From contig NC_057731.1 in NCBI RefSeq assembly GCF_004010195.1, forward strand, positions 41,526,677 to 41,590,676: 64,000 nt of DNA, written 5' to 3'. A model generated the notes under the pieces. It was given only the letters and a program-made list of their open reading frames with translations, was not told the DNA's origin and did not search any database. The position numbers and the translations under genes were made by a program. This DNA comes from Chiloscyllium plagiosum. Taxonomy: Eukaryota. Each line of letters begins with the position of its first letter. Position 1 is the stretch's first letter. Shown one piece after another: positions 39,635-52,854 of this stretch.

Positions 39635-40084
39635 ACCTATGTAGTGTTAATTTCTGTCCCTGTTTACTTACATACTTTATGAGGAATTTCACAACACCAG
39701 ATTAAGTCATTCTCAGAAATAAATAGCTACTGTACAAGTTTACAGATCCAAAGACACTTATCTAATCAGAGTTCCACAAAAACATCTAGGAAAGAAATTA
39801 ATGTTTCATTGTTGCATGACAAAATTGCACTTACAGCCTAAACAATTACCACATAAAATGAAATAAATGTTGGCACAGGTCTATAATTCTGAAATGCACA
39901 TTATGGGGAGAAACGTAATTTGCACCAAAATAGTCATTCCATGTGTTGCTGCATGTCAGCTTTGGGCCCAAACCACATCAAACTTCGGACCTAACTTTCA
40001 TGCACTAAAGTTTTCTTTTTCACTTCTTTTTCTCTCTTTTCCCAGTTTTTTCTCTTTTATTTTACTTAACACTTGTTAAAGAGC

Positions 40085-42020
40085 TCAGTCACAGCGACAG
40101 CATCGGTGGGCAGCGAGTAGGCCCAGCACAGGCTTGTAGTGGTCAGCAATTAGGCCCAGAATGGACATATGGCGGCGAGCGAATACGCCCAGCGTGGGTT
40201 TGTGGCGGTCAACAGGTAGGCTCAGTGCAGGCTTGTGATGGTCAGTGAGTAGTCCCAGCGCAGACACATGATGGTCAGTGAGTAGGCCCAGCGCAGACAC
40301 ATGATGGTCAGTGAGTAGACCCAGTGCGGACATGTGATGGTCAGCGAGTAGACCCACCGAGGACACGTGATGGTCAGTGAGTAGTCCCAGAGCGGACACA
40401 TAATGGTCAGTGAGTAGTCCCAGAGCGGACACGTGATGGTCAGTGAGTAGGCCAAGCACGGACACATGGTGGTCAGTGAGTAAGCCCACCGAGGACACGT
40501 GATGGTCAGTGAGTAAGCCCACTGAGGACACGTGATGGTCAGTGAGTAGGCCCACCGTGGACACGTGATGGTCAGCGAATAGTCCCAGTGTGGACACGTG
40601 ATAGTCAGTGAGTAGGCCCAGCACGGACACGTGATGGTCACCGAGTAGGCCCACCGTGGACACGTGATGGACAGTGAATAGTCCCAGCATGAACATGTGA
40701 TGGTCAGTGAGTAGGCCCAGCGCAGACACGAGATGGTTAGCGAGTAGCCCCAGTGCAGATACGTGATGGTCAGATATCAGGCACAGCGCGGACATATTAT
40801 GGTCAGCGAGTAGGCTCACCGCGGACACATGGTGGTCAGTGGGTAGTCCCACCGTGAACAAGTGATGGTCAGCGAGTAGTCCCAGCATGGACACATGATG
40901 GTCAGTGAGTAGTCTCAGTGCAGACACATAATGGTCAGTGAGTAGGCCCAACACGGACACGTGATGGTCAGCGAGTAGTCCCAGTGCAGACACGTGATGG
41001 TCAGTGAGTAGGCCAAGCGCGGACACATGATGGTCAGTTATCAGGCACAGCGCAAACACATTATGGTCAGCGAGTAGGCCCAGCACGGACATGTGGTGGT
41101 CAGTGAGTAGGCCAAGCACGGACACGTAATGGTCAGCGAGTAGTCTCAGCGCGGACACATGATGGTCAGTGAGTAGGCCCACCACGGATATGTGATAGTC
41201 AGCGTGTAGACCCACCACGGACACATGATGGTCAGCGAGTAGGCCCACCGAGGACACGTGATGGTCAGTGAGTAGTCCTAGCGCGGACACGTGATGGTCA
41301 GTGAGTAGGCCAAGCACAGACACGTGATGGTAAGCGAGTAGGCCAAGCACGGACACATGATGGTCAGTGAGTAAGTCCACTGAGGACACGTGATGGTCAG
41401 CGAGTCGGCCAAGCATGGACACGTGATGGTCAGTGAGTAGGCCCAGCGCAGACACGAGATGGTCAGCAAGTAGTCCCAGTGCAGATATGTGATGGTCAGT
41501 TATCAGGCACAGCGCGGACAAATTATGGTCAGTGAGTAGGCTCACCGCGGACACATGGTGGTCAGTGGGTAGGCCCACCATGAACACGTGATGGTCAGCG
41601 AGTAGTCCCAGCGTGGACACATGATGGTCAGTGAGTAGTCTCAGCGCAGACACATAATGGTCAGTGAGTAGGCCCAGCACGGACACGTGATGGTCAGCGA
41701 GTAGGCCCAGTGCAGACACGTGATGGTCAGTTATCAGGCCCAGCGCAGACACATTGTGGTCAGCGAATAGGCTCAGCGCAGACTTATGATGGTTAGCGAG
41801 CAGGCTTAGTGTGGACACATGGTGGTCAGTGAGTGGGCCCAGTGCAGGCTTGTGGTGGTCAGTGAGTATGCCCAGCATGGACACGTGACGGTCAGCGAGT
41901 ATGCCCAGTGCGGACATCTGGTGGTCAGTGAGTAGGCCCAGTGGGAGCTTATGGCAGTCAGTGAGTAAACTCAGCGCAGGCTTGTGGTGGTCAGCAAGTA
42001 GGACCAGCGCGGACATGTGA
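40085..42020. repeat. 33-bp GC-rich minisatellite, about 58 units (consensus gtgatggtcagtgagtaggcccagcgcggacac)
   Basis: Visible 33-nt period. The minus frame stays open for 643 aa as (VSALGLLTDHH)n, so there is no net frameshifting indel. Confidence 0.95.
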
Positions 42021-42139
42021 TGTCTCCCTCAATTTCTGACATTTCTTCATTGCTTGGCAGCCATGTCCAATGGCAGAAAATGCCCCAATCTCTTCATTAC
42101 TGAAGGAGATAAGGCTTCATTCTGCAGTCTCATCAACAA

Positions 42140-42371
42140 TCAGAGATTTGGCTTTGAAAGACAAGTAACCGTAGACCCACAGGACTGCTCTCTCATTAGA
42201 GAGAGAGAGACAACCAGTGGTGGTTTAACCCTAAGGTACACCACACCTCAGTCAAAGGGAGAGGTTGAGGAGAAGAGTCTTCATGGTAACCTCAGCCATT
42301 GCAGGAATTAAACCCACACTGTTGGCATCACTCTGCCTCATAGACCTGCCATCTAGCCAACTGAGCTAACT
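42140..42371 (-). mobile_element. tRNA-derived SINE (non-HE1 family)
   Basis: Reverse complement gttagctcagttggctag (box A) followed by gggtttaattcc (box B). Confidence 0.65.
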
Positions 42372-42399
42372 GTAGAGATGCTCAATGCTAGCAGAATGC

Positions 42400-42830
42400 A
42401 ATTAAGGAATAATAGATAAACAGGATAAATTTGTTTTTTAAAATGGCGAGTAATTTAGAATTTTGACAATTTAGAAGAATGAGAAATGATCTCAGTGAAA
42501 CATGTAGGATCCTGAGAGGACTTAATAGTGTAGATACTGAGAGGTTATTTATCCCAGGATGAAGAAGTCTAGAACTAGTGACCACAGTCTCATGTTAAGG
42601 GGTTAGCCATTAAGTTCTAAGGTGAAAAGAAGCTTCTCCTCTTAGAGAATTGTGAATCTTTGGTATCCTATATCCCAGGGCCTTTGGATGCTCAGTCATC
42701 AAGCGTTTCTAAAGCTGAGATTCACAGACCTTTAGGATTCAAAAGAATCAAAGAATTTGCTGAATATCAGAACACGTTCAAGGGGCCAATATGCTGGCAT
42801 GCAATTTCAGTTCCTTGGTACTTTGTTCAA
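42400..42830 (+). mobile_element. Decayed CR1 3' fragment
   Basis: RRMRNDLSETCRILRGL and SRTSDHSL-type motifs. Confidence 0.6.
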
Positions 42831-42969
42831 GTGACCATCCTTCATCTGTAACCATGGATAGCAGAAGTTGCCTAACCTTCTCTTAGTTTGATGTCTAAGT
42901 ACGTGCTGTTCCAGAAGGAATTAATGGGTAATAATGTGGAATAGACACAAAACAAAATACTTCATCATA

Positions 42970-43390
42970 GTCTCAGCTATGGCTCAGTTGGTAACACTCT
43001 TGCCTTTGAATCTCTGTTGGATCAATCCCACTGCTGAGCTTGAAAATAAATATCAGAGTTGCACTCTGGTACTGAGGGAGTGCAGTCTTTGGATGAGAGG
43101 TTGCTCTGAGGGATGTAAAAGGTCCCATGGCACTGTTTCGAGAAAGTGTCGGTCAGTTATTAACAGTGCCCTGACCATTATTTATCCCTCAATCAATATC
43201 TCTGAAGTGATGATTTGTTCATTACCACTTTGTTGCTTGTGAGAGCTTGATGTGTACAAATTGGCCATTCTGTTTCTTACATTTACAGCAGTGACAATAC
43301 TTCAAACAGTACTTTGTTGGCGATGAAGTGCCTCAAGTTGTCAGGTGGTAATAAAAGGCATTATATATAAATGTAAATCTTTCAAGCCTT
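42970..43390 (+). mobile_element. SacSINE1/Deu-domain SINE
   Basis: tggctcagttggtaacactcttgcc head, gtactgagggagtgc and ggatgtaaaaggtcccatggcact core, and an L2-like tail ending ataaatgtaaatctttc. Confidence 0.75.
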
Positions 43391-46300
43391 TCTTTTATGC
43401 AGTGGCTTTTCACTAAATCCAGTATTGTCATGGAGGGGAATTAATGAACATTCACAAATTGACTGGACACTGAAATTATCTCTGTTTACGTTTCTTTACT
43501 GTCATTAAAATAAACATCAATTCCATATTCAGTTAGCATTGCAGTTATTATGCTTTGATATGCAAAAAGAATTAAAGGAATTTTAAAATTGTATCAATTT
43601 GAATAATCTATTTGAACGCTTCAGAAGTTAAATGAGTAATTATCATTTTGTTATATGCAACTGTGTTTGCAGTAATCCAGACCATTCTTAAATGATTGTA
43701 CCCAGAATTACTTAATTTTTAAATAAAGGAGAAATGGTCTTTTGTTTTCAAACCGTCTGTATAGTCAGTTGACACAGATATTTTCACTAACGTGGTCATG
43801 CTGAGTTGCATTAATGCTTCCTCATTACACAAAGAACAAAATCATCTTTGATCTTTTATTCATCTGCAAATGACCTCTCGTTAAAATCGACTTTTTGAAA
43901 CTGCTTACTCTATAAGTACAAGGCATTTATACATTCCTTGCGACCACAGAGTGCTTTGCTCTGTTAGTGGTAATATGAAGTGACACATTCCTACTGAAAT
44001 CTGTCTTCTGAGAACCAAACTTTTCCACTTACTTGCCATCTTCAATCAGAGAGTATATTAAAATTATTGGCACACGGCACTGACTTTTTATACAAAAAAA
44101 AAACCAATTGCAATTGACAAAATGTGTATTTGAAAGTACTTTTAAAGATAAGAGTTGATTCTTTACTGACCAAAGAGCAGCAGAGAAGATTGCTCAGAAA
44201 ATCACAGGTCTCTACCCTTGAATTTCCATTCACTTACTTAAAAAGTTGGGAAATAAGATTGGTGCTATAGGCTAGTGATCTTACAAAAGCAGTGCTCCTG
44301 CTGACTGCTCTTCCTCAGAGGATCTACAATCTAAATCTATTGTGGATGTAGCAAGATGGACCCAGAGGTACATCATGAGAAACTGAGACTGACAGGCGGG
44401 AAAATCAACCACATGTAGGAGGTGACAGATTAAAAGAGTTCGGTTTTAGAGGAGGTTTTGATGGTGAAAAGTGGGGATGTAGGGAGATGGTGGATTCCGA
44501 AGAAAAATTGCAGATAGCAGGACCATTGTTAGGATTTTAAACAGGGTTTCAATTTTTCAAAAAAATTGTGAACAGGTGGAGGAGGTGGGGGGTTTCAATT
44601 TTCTAAAGCTGTGACTGCCCTGAGGGCAATTCCACAGTTTAAAGAGGGGCTTTGTGGAAATTTACAGATGATGCAGGAACATTTTTAAAACGTCTGTAGA
44701 TTCCTTTCTTTTTCTTACACTTCTGAAGCTGTTTCCTCTCATCTCACTTCCAGCCCCACTTGCGTTGCTATTTTCAGACTACTTGATTTGTTTGAAGCCA
44801 AAGTCTCATGTGACAGTGGCTCAGAAGAGGCCTGACCTCGCCTAAAGCATCTTGAAAAATAGGAGAGATCCTGGCAATTAAAAGAAATATGAGTGACATT
44901 TAAGAATGTGAAAAGTTGAAGCCTGAAGACACACACAAGACAGAACAACACACTCCCAATGTGCATCAATCTCAATGTGAAAACATAGAAGCCTATAGAA
45001 ATTGCAAACAATATTTAACAAATTGCATTCAGAAACAAACACGTGTATCTAATACATGGTGATAATAGTTAGCCCGATGTTAGAAGCAGACAGACATTTC
45101 AGGTTAGCATTATTATATATGGGTCTGAAAGGATTGATAAAGATTAATACTTGATTGAATTCAGTAAGCACCAGCCACTGTAATGATTGCATTGGGACTT
45201 GGTCAGAGTAAAGAAAGAGCTTATAGGGGATAAACTTGGGGCAAGAGTGCTGCTAACAGTCCCTGTATTAATGCCGAACTGATTCATGTAACCTGTAAAT
45301 ATTTACAGTAATTGAATAAATTTAAATTCCATGATATAGGGCCAGAAAAAGGTCATTAAGACGGCTATGAGAAAACCTGCATATTGTAGGGACAGAAAGC
45401 TGGGAAAATTGTAAACCAAACCATGTAAAGCAAATGAGAGTTATGCAATTGCCATGATGATCTCTCAAGGACATGTTGAAATTTTAATTGCAAGATTTCT
45501 TTTTTAAATGAGGACATACAACAAAAGCATGACTGAGATTTTAATTTCTAAACAACGAAATTGAGTGATTGTCAGGAAGATCTTGCAGATTACTTTCAGC
45601 CTGAAGGAAGACACTGGAATGCCTCACCTGATGAAGGTAAAATAAGCTTCAAAGAGAAGGACTTCAATAGTAAAAATGACTGCAAACAGAACTGTCATCT
45701 CATATGAGTTATCACAGACTGTGAACATAATGACAGAAAAGACAGCAGTCTATGAGAACCACATGCTTGTGTTTTCCCTTTTCAAGAACGCACAAGGAAA
45801 GGGGTCAAAAGCCAGTTTCAAACCCGGTGTACCTGTACTAGTGGGCGAAGGTGTGTGCTTAAAAATCAGCTAAGAACAGATCTAGCCACACTAGTGTTGT
45901 AGGTAAAAAGAAAAAAATCTTTTCTCTCTCTTTGCTAGAAGTCAGAAAGCATGTAAAATCACCGCAGAAATGAAACAGGACAAAGGCCTTTCAGCTAACC
46001 TGCAAAACCAAGTATCGTGAAATCAACTGCTCAATTACTAACATCAGTATCACCCAGAGGAACAGCTGCAACATCCCTTTGTGTACTGGTTAAATTGGGT
46101 CATTTTTGAAGAAAATGAACTCAATGTTTTCCTCAGGGAAATCATTGACCAAGGCTCGATGATTTTGGGATGCAGACATTGATGTCAATGGGCATCTCTC
46201 AAATGTCAAGTTAGCCCAATATCATCAGTGAAGAAAACATGGGTAACAGCCAACAAACGTTCAGGTAAATGGCACACCTAATGTTAAAGGTGTGCTACAA

Positions 46301-46973
46301 GTAGTTGTCCAACATATGGAACAACAGATACTTGAAAAAACTTGAAATGTTTATACACTTCACAACCATGGATGATCAACCATGACCATACTGAATGGCA
46401 GAGCAGGCTCAAAGGTCTGATTGGCCTATCCTGTTCCTATTTTCAAAAACCAAGAATTCGCTCTAAGTGAAAAGGAATTGTTGTCTACAATTTCATTCCA
46501 AAGGCGGAAGGCACGAACAACAAAATGTAAAGGCAAAGCATTTTTCTTGGCTCCATAAGCACATGATGGAATGTAAAGAAAAAGCAGAATTTCCTGAGGT
46601 TAGTTACATCAGGATAGAAAAATTGGTTCATACCCTAAATGCGATGAAAAACGGTGACTGTAGCATTTTGACTGAAATGTTTTCCAGTGTCATCAAAACA
46701 GAAGCAAGCTCAATTTCCAGGTGGCAACAGAGATCAAGATTGAAAGCAAACAAAGAGGCATTAACTGAACCATTTATACCAGTTGTGTGCATCATAACAG
46801 ACAGGCACTGAAAGCATTTCCTACTGAATTGAGTCACATTGCCACAGCAGAATGAACAACTATCTATTCCAAATTCAAGCTTGTCAATAGGGACTGAGAT
46901 GATTGGGAAGGGACAACTTTAGTCAAAATATCTAACCTCTCCAACTTCCAAAGGAGAGTCCTCATCACCTATA

Positions 46974-47277
46974 GGGTGGCACGGTGGTTCAGTGGTTAGC
47001 ACTGCTACCTCACAGCACCAGGGTCCCAGGTTCCATTCCAGCCTCGGGTGACTGTCTATATGGAGTTTGCACATTCTCCCTGTGTCTGCGTGGGTTTCCT
47101 CCGGGTGCTCCAGTTTCCTCCTACAGTCCAAAGATGTGCAGGTCAGGTGAATTGGCCATGCTAAATTGCCCATAGTGGTTGGTGCATTAGTCAGAGGGAA
47201 ATAGGTCTGGATGGGTTACTCTTCGGAGGGTCGGTGTGGACTGGTTGGGCCGAAGGGCCTGTAGGGAATCTAATCTA
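46974..47277 (+). mobile_element. HE1-type SINE
   Basis: gggtggcacggtggttcagtgg head, core and aatctaatct tail. Confidence 0.92.
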
Positions 47278-50106
47278 TTATAGCTTTCAGATCAAAGAAC
47301 AATGAATCTCCAGCTAACAAAATTGAGGCAGTGAACTAGCTGGCTTCACTGAATATTCACAGCTGCGAGGGAAGAAGAAAGTGCAACATATACAAGCAAC
47401 TGAAGTCATGAGTTTGCCTATTTCAACACAAAGTCATGTGTGGAATGAACAAAATATTCCACTGACACAGTTTAAAATGTGGTGAATACAAATCCGCAAA
47501 TACGCCACCAAGAAGAGATAAATGATGCACAATGATCCAGATTCTTCACAAAATAAAGATAAGAGGTCAAAAATCTTTCAAATCAAGAAGAAAATCACAG
47601 AACTCAGACTATCAGGAAAACAATCCAAGTCAACTAATTCTACCCAATACACCAGCATTCTTCGCGATTGAAGAGACCACATTTAGGGACAAAGGTATCC
47701 AAGTAAAATGCATTTTCCAAAGATTATGTGGTCTCTCCATTCCTTCTACTGGAAAGCATAACATTGCACTTACATTGAAGTCTACCTGCCGATTATCTAT
47801 ATTCATTCTGCAGACTCACTCATGTCTGTCATGGTCCTCCTCTATAGAGGTCGTGAATCTTTGGAGCTGTCTTCCCTGGAAAGCAGTGGAGGCAAAATTA
47901 TTGAATATTTTTAAAGCAGGGGTAGATATCAGCCATCATCTTATTGAGGGGAGGAGCACGTTTGAAGGGACAAATGACTTACTCATGCTGCTAATTCGTA
48001 TGTTTATATGTATTAATTATAACCTCTGATTTGCAATTTTTAAAACTTAACTTTCAATTCCTTGTAACCAAATTGGTTTTATAAATGTCGAATAACAGTG
48101 GTCCCGGTATTGATGCAAAATCACTTCCTGCCTTTAGTCTATCTGAGTAAGGATTCTGTATGTTTTTTATTTTGTCACCAACTTGCTATCCATTCTGCTA
48201 CTTATTTTCTGAATCCACATGTTCTGACCTTGTTCTCGAATATATTATGCATTGCCCATTGAAAATCCAAATATAGTAGTGTTTCCTAATTGATTCTTTC
48301 AATGTCAACATACTTTAAAAAAGTACTCCATTGACTGTAAAGCACTTTGGATCATCCGAGGTTGCAAAAAGTGCTGTATAAATGCAGGGCTTTCTGTCTC
48401 TTTCTTTAATGCAAATGTTTCCCCTACTACTTCGCATCACTTAAGTTTTCAGATTCAAAAAGGTATCCAGTGAAGCAGGACTGGCATTTACTCCACCTCA
48501 GTGAACCCCTAGAAATGCTAATAAAGTTCTAGCCTGGCAGACATGAATGCTACCAGTAAACAGGTTTGTTAATTTTCCATCTGGTATCCCTGAGAGCTAA
48601 TTACAGCTCAGGAAGAAGGGAAGGAGCCTGGCTTGTCCATAATTACCATCCAATGAAGAAACACTTCCCATAGCAGACATGTAAAATGTTACTGGTTTTA
48701 TCTGCTGCCTACTCCTGCGTGTGGAGGGAGCAGGGTGATAAAAGAGAAGCTGTAATGCAGATGCAGAAACGCAAATTAAAAACCGTCCTGGAGACCGCAG
48801 AAGGTTGGAGTAACTCAAACCTGGGCATTATGTGATTTGATATGGGGTCTTCTGCTTTTTCCCATTTCTAACACAGACTCCCTGTACAATATTTACCAAC
48901 TTACTTCAGTGCGACCAGTAAATAATTGGCATTCAGAATGTAGGCAAGCAGATGGGTGGCTTGGCTCCCACGTGTTTGTAGCATTTGCTGAGAGCAAGAC
49001 ACTCACAACCCAGCTGTTGAGTGTCTCTGATGTTCTCCAGAAAAGAGTTTAGCCTTTGGCTTTGCTGCGCAGCAGTTAGAGCTAATACCCCAGCCAGCCA
49101 ATGACACAGATTGGACTTAACAGATCATCCAAAGAGAACAGCTGCACTCCAGAGGCAGAGAACTGTTAACTTTGAAACATCACTCAGTTTCGCAAAAGTG
49201 AACTGATCCATGAGGAAAGAACAGGGGAGTAGACTTTTATCTAGTGAATGCAGGCTGGACTCGGCTTAATTATTGAATCATACTCCTGACTTCTGTTTAT
49301 AGCACAGGGTGGCTTGGTTTCAAACTTGGTCCAGTACTGCCAGATGATTACAATCAGTGCAAAATGTTGCTTCAAAAATAAGTCATGTACCAGTCTCTAA
49401 CAGCACAGCACACATTTAGAATCATTATTAACAGCTGTCACATGGACTGCCGTGGGGCCCTGTATGGCGTGTACTGTTCATCTGGCTTCTATTCCTCTCT
49501 CGCAATTGAAATCAAACAAAATGCAGAGCATAGCTTTCTCTTGAAACAATAATTATAGATGAAAAATGTCAAAGATCCTGCTAACAATGCGACATTCAGC
49601 TTGCAATGGAGGCTGATGTTTGGTGAGGAAGGTAATTATACTCTCAACAAAATATCAAATTTTTTTCATAGTGCAAAGGACTAGTTTGCTACTATCAACA
49701 CTCTCATTTATAGCATGGTCTAGGGATATATATAGGTCCACAAGTCCCCCACTGAAGATTATTAAAAATATTATTACTCTACAAAAACTTTTAAAGAAAG
49801 CCCCAGTATCAATGTTCTATTTCACGTTATTGGTTACCAAAGATTGAAAATACTGGAACAAGAGATTTTCTCTGAAATTTGCACCAATCATAAACAAAAT
49901 CTTTGTAGATCCTATTTTCAAATGTAATTATGATTTGTGTGCAAATATACAAAGTAAATTGGAGAATTATGTCATTATTATATGAATTAAACAGCTCGTT
50001 CTCAACGACTCTGAGTGTGATGTTTTTGAGGCATAACAAAAGCAAAGACTTTAAGGAAAGTTTATCTGAAAATTAATGATGTAAAAATAATATTAATTAC
50101 TTTTAC

Positions 50107-50471
50107 AGGAGCTGTTTTCTCTGGAGCATTGGAGGTTGAGGGGTGACCTTACAGAGGTTCATAAAATCATGAGGGGGCATGGATAGGATAAATAGACAAA
50201 GTCTCTTCCCTGGGGTGGGAGAGTCCAGAGCTAGAGGGCAAAGGTTTAGGGTGAGAGGGGAAAGATATAAAAGAGGCCTAAGGGGCAACATTTGGGCAAC
50301 ATAAGGGGCAAAAGGCATTTGGATGGGTATATGAATAGGATGGGTTTGGAGGAATAAGGGGTGGGTGCTGACAGGTGGGACGAGATTGGGTCGGGATATC
50401 TAGTCGGAATGGATGAGCTGGACTGAAGGGTTTGTTTCCCTGCTGTACATCTCTATGACTCTATGACTCTA
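50107..50471 (+). mobile_element. CR1 3' fragment with an internal deletion
   Basis: LRGDLTEVHKIMRG motif and a ctctatgactctatgactcta tail. Confidence 0.88.
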
Positions 50472-51129
50472 AGAAACTTGTGCTGGAGCTGGTAAGGGCA
50501 ATCATAATGCAATGTCAACTTTCTCCAATGTTAAATATGTTGCTCACTTTGAAACAATCAGGCAAAAAAAAGGCGATGTTTGGCAGACAAGGTACAGCCT
50601 TATTTCCTATAATGTAGTGGGTGGGTAGCCAATATTGATTCACTTATTTTAGTTAAGGACCAGCTGCAGAGATTAATTAATTTGTTCCTCAATACACCGT
50701 TGCAGATTGATAAAAAGATGTTTACAGAAAATAAATGCATGCTATGAACAGAGGAAATTTGAACTAACTCAGGAAGTGTGCTCACTGAAGGCTTTAACCG
50801 ATCGTGGGCATTTTTGTCTTGTTTGCAAAATGTGTACATTATTTATTTATTGTACTTTTCATATTGATTATTTCTTACAGTCCATATTGTGACCTGGTCG
50901 ATATATAATTATACACCTCAATCAACATCATTGAAACAGATTTTCAGATTATTAACATATTGTTTTTATGAGTTTGCTGTGCTCAAATTAGCTGTGATGT
51001 TTCCATATTATAATAGTGACTGCCTTTGTTGGCTGTGAAACATCTTGAGTCAACCTTAGGTCATGAAAGGCATTGTATAAATGCAATTTCTGTTTTTATT
51101 TCCATAAATAACATTTTTTGTGAATTTTC

Positions 51130-51272
51130 CCACATGTCCAGGGATGTTTAGGTTAGGTGGATTAGCCATGGGAAATGCAGGGTTACAGGATAGGGTGAGG
51201 GGGTGGATCCAGGTAGGATACTGTTGGGAGGCTGAATGGCCGGCTTCCACATTGTAGGGATTCTATGATTCT
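51130..51272 (+). mobile_element. HE1-like SINE 3' half
   Basis: ggttaggtggattagccatggg...gtagggattctatgattcta. Confidence 0.65.
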
Positions 51273-52479
51273 ACTGTCTGTAAGACTTTGGTCTCATATC
51301 ACATCGTATAAAATATTGCTTTGAAGAGATTTTGGCAATGTTGCTCAGGAAAGCCTTGGGTGGAGAATTAGGCAGTCTAGAATGAGGTCCTAATGGAGAA
51401 AAACATGTCATTGCTGGCTTCTGCTTGCCCTTGTAATTATGCCTAACCAAGCAATGCAATATATATGTATTGCTATCATGAATTAAACAGCACCTTGTTG
51501 CTAAGACAAGTGCCTCTTCTTGTTACGACTCAACACAGTAGAATCTGAATTCAATGAAAATCTGGAATTAAGCCTCCAATGATGATCATAAAACATTATT
51601 GGAAAAAACTCATTTGATCATTAATATCCTATGGGAAAGAAACTGCCATCTTTACTGGTCTGGCCGATATGTGACTCCAGACCCACTGCAATATGATTGA
51701 CCTCTTAACCGCCCTCTGAGTAATTAAGAATGGGTGATAAATGTTGGCCCAGCCAGAGGTGCCCTCATCCTGTAAAAAGCCCCTTAAACTCAGCATAGTA
51801 AAGAGGACTGATGACAGCCAGTCAAGTACAAGCCAACTACACCCCAACCACATGCTGCCAACGATTGGTGACTAACCCAAAATCCAGTATGACATGATCA
51901 AGTAAAAAGACTGCACTTTCAAGAGAAATATCACATCAGTTTTATTACACATCATTGCAAAGTTAACCAGAGGTAACCAAGGGTAACTATAGGAAAAGTT
52001 GCAATGTGTATTCTCTGGCCTGCGTCCAGTAAGATGGGAGCCAGTGATGTTGTGCATTGCACACCAAAAAATGCAAATATATAAGTAGGATCGTGAGCCA
52101 GTAAAATGGGAAGGTAACTTAGCAGGAAGAGAAGGGACAGATGAGAAAATATTAGATGTCGCTTAAGTGAAAATCCTGAGGTTATTATGTGTGTAAGGCT
52201 GTTGAGAGGAAATTGTGGGATTTCTCAATATCTGAGAGGTCAGAAAACATTTTGTCTGACTTAAACTTGCATTCGGGAAAATGGATTTGTAAGAACCAGA
52301 AGTGGTTAGTTATTTTCTGTAAGGATGAAAGTACCATAGAGTGTGACATTGTGACTCACCAAACAGAATGTTATAATTCCAATTTCATATTAATTTAGCA
52401 GATTTTGTCTCAACATATTAGAATTAGTCTCAGTGCACTAGAATTAATCTCAGAGCTCTTGGGACAAGAGAGGGAAGGG

Positions 52480-52799
52480 CTGAAAGTGTGTTGCTGGAAA
52501 AGCGTAGCAGGTCAGGCAGCATCCAGGGAACAGGAGAATCGACGTTTCGGGCATAAGCCCTTCTTCAGGAATGAGGAAAGCCTTTCCAGTTTAGTTCTAT
52601 CCCTCCTATAGCAGGGCAACCAGAATTGTACACAGTGCTCCAAAAATGGCCTTACCAATATTTTTTACAGCTGCAACATGTTCCCTGGATGCTGCCTGAG
52701 ATTAAGTCATGTTCCCTGGATGCTGCCTGACCTGCTGCGCTTTTCCAGCAACACATTTTCAGCTCTGATCTCCAGCATCTGCAGACCTCACTTTCTCCT
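52480..52799. mobile_element. Palindromic PLE-end insert with a 15-bp TSD, a hammerhead and a captured inverted copy of the flank
   Basis: caagagagggaaggg at 52465-52479 and 52800-52814. Hammerhead on the minus strand at 52537-52572. Segment 52582-52681 is the reverse complement of 52909-53008. Confidence 0.88.
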
Positions 52800-52854
52800 C
52801 AAGAGAGGGAAGGGGGCAAATATATTCAACTTGTTTACTGGTCAAAGATATCTG

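Noticed and set aside
40085-42020. CRISPR-like array
   Set aside because: The units are contiguous tandem repeats with no unique spacers, the context is eukaryotic, and there are no cas genes.
46467-48029. 114-aa and 165-aa ORFs as host genes
   Set aside because: No recognisable domain; the longer ORF ends in a CR1 3' fragment (EVVNLWSCLPWKAVEA).
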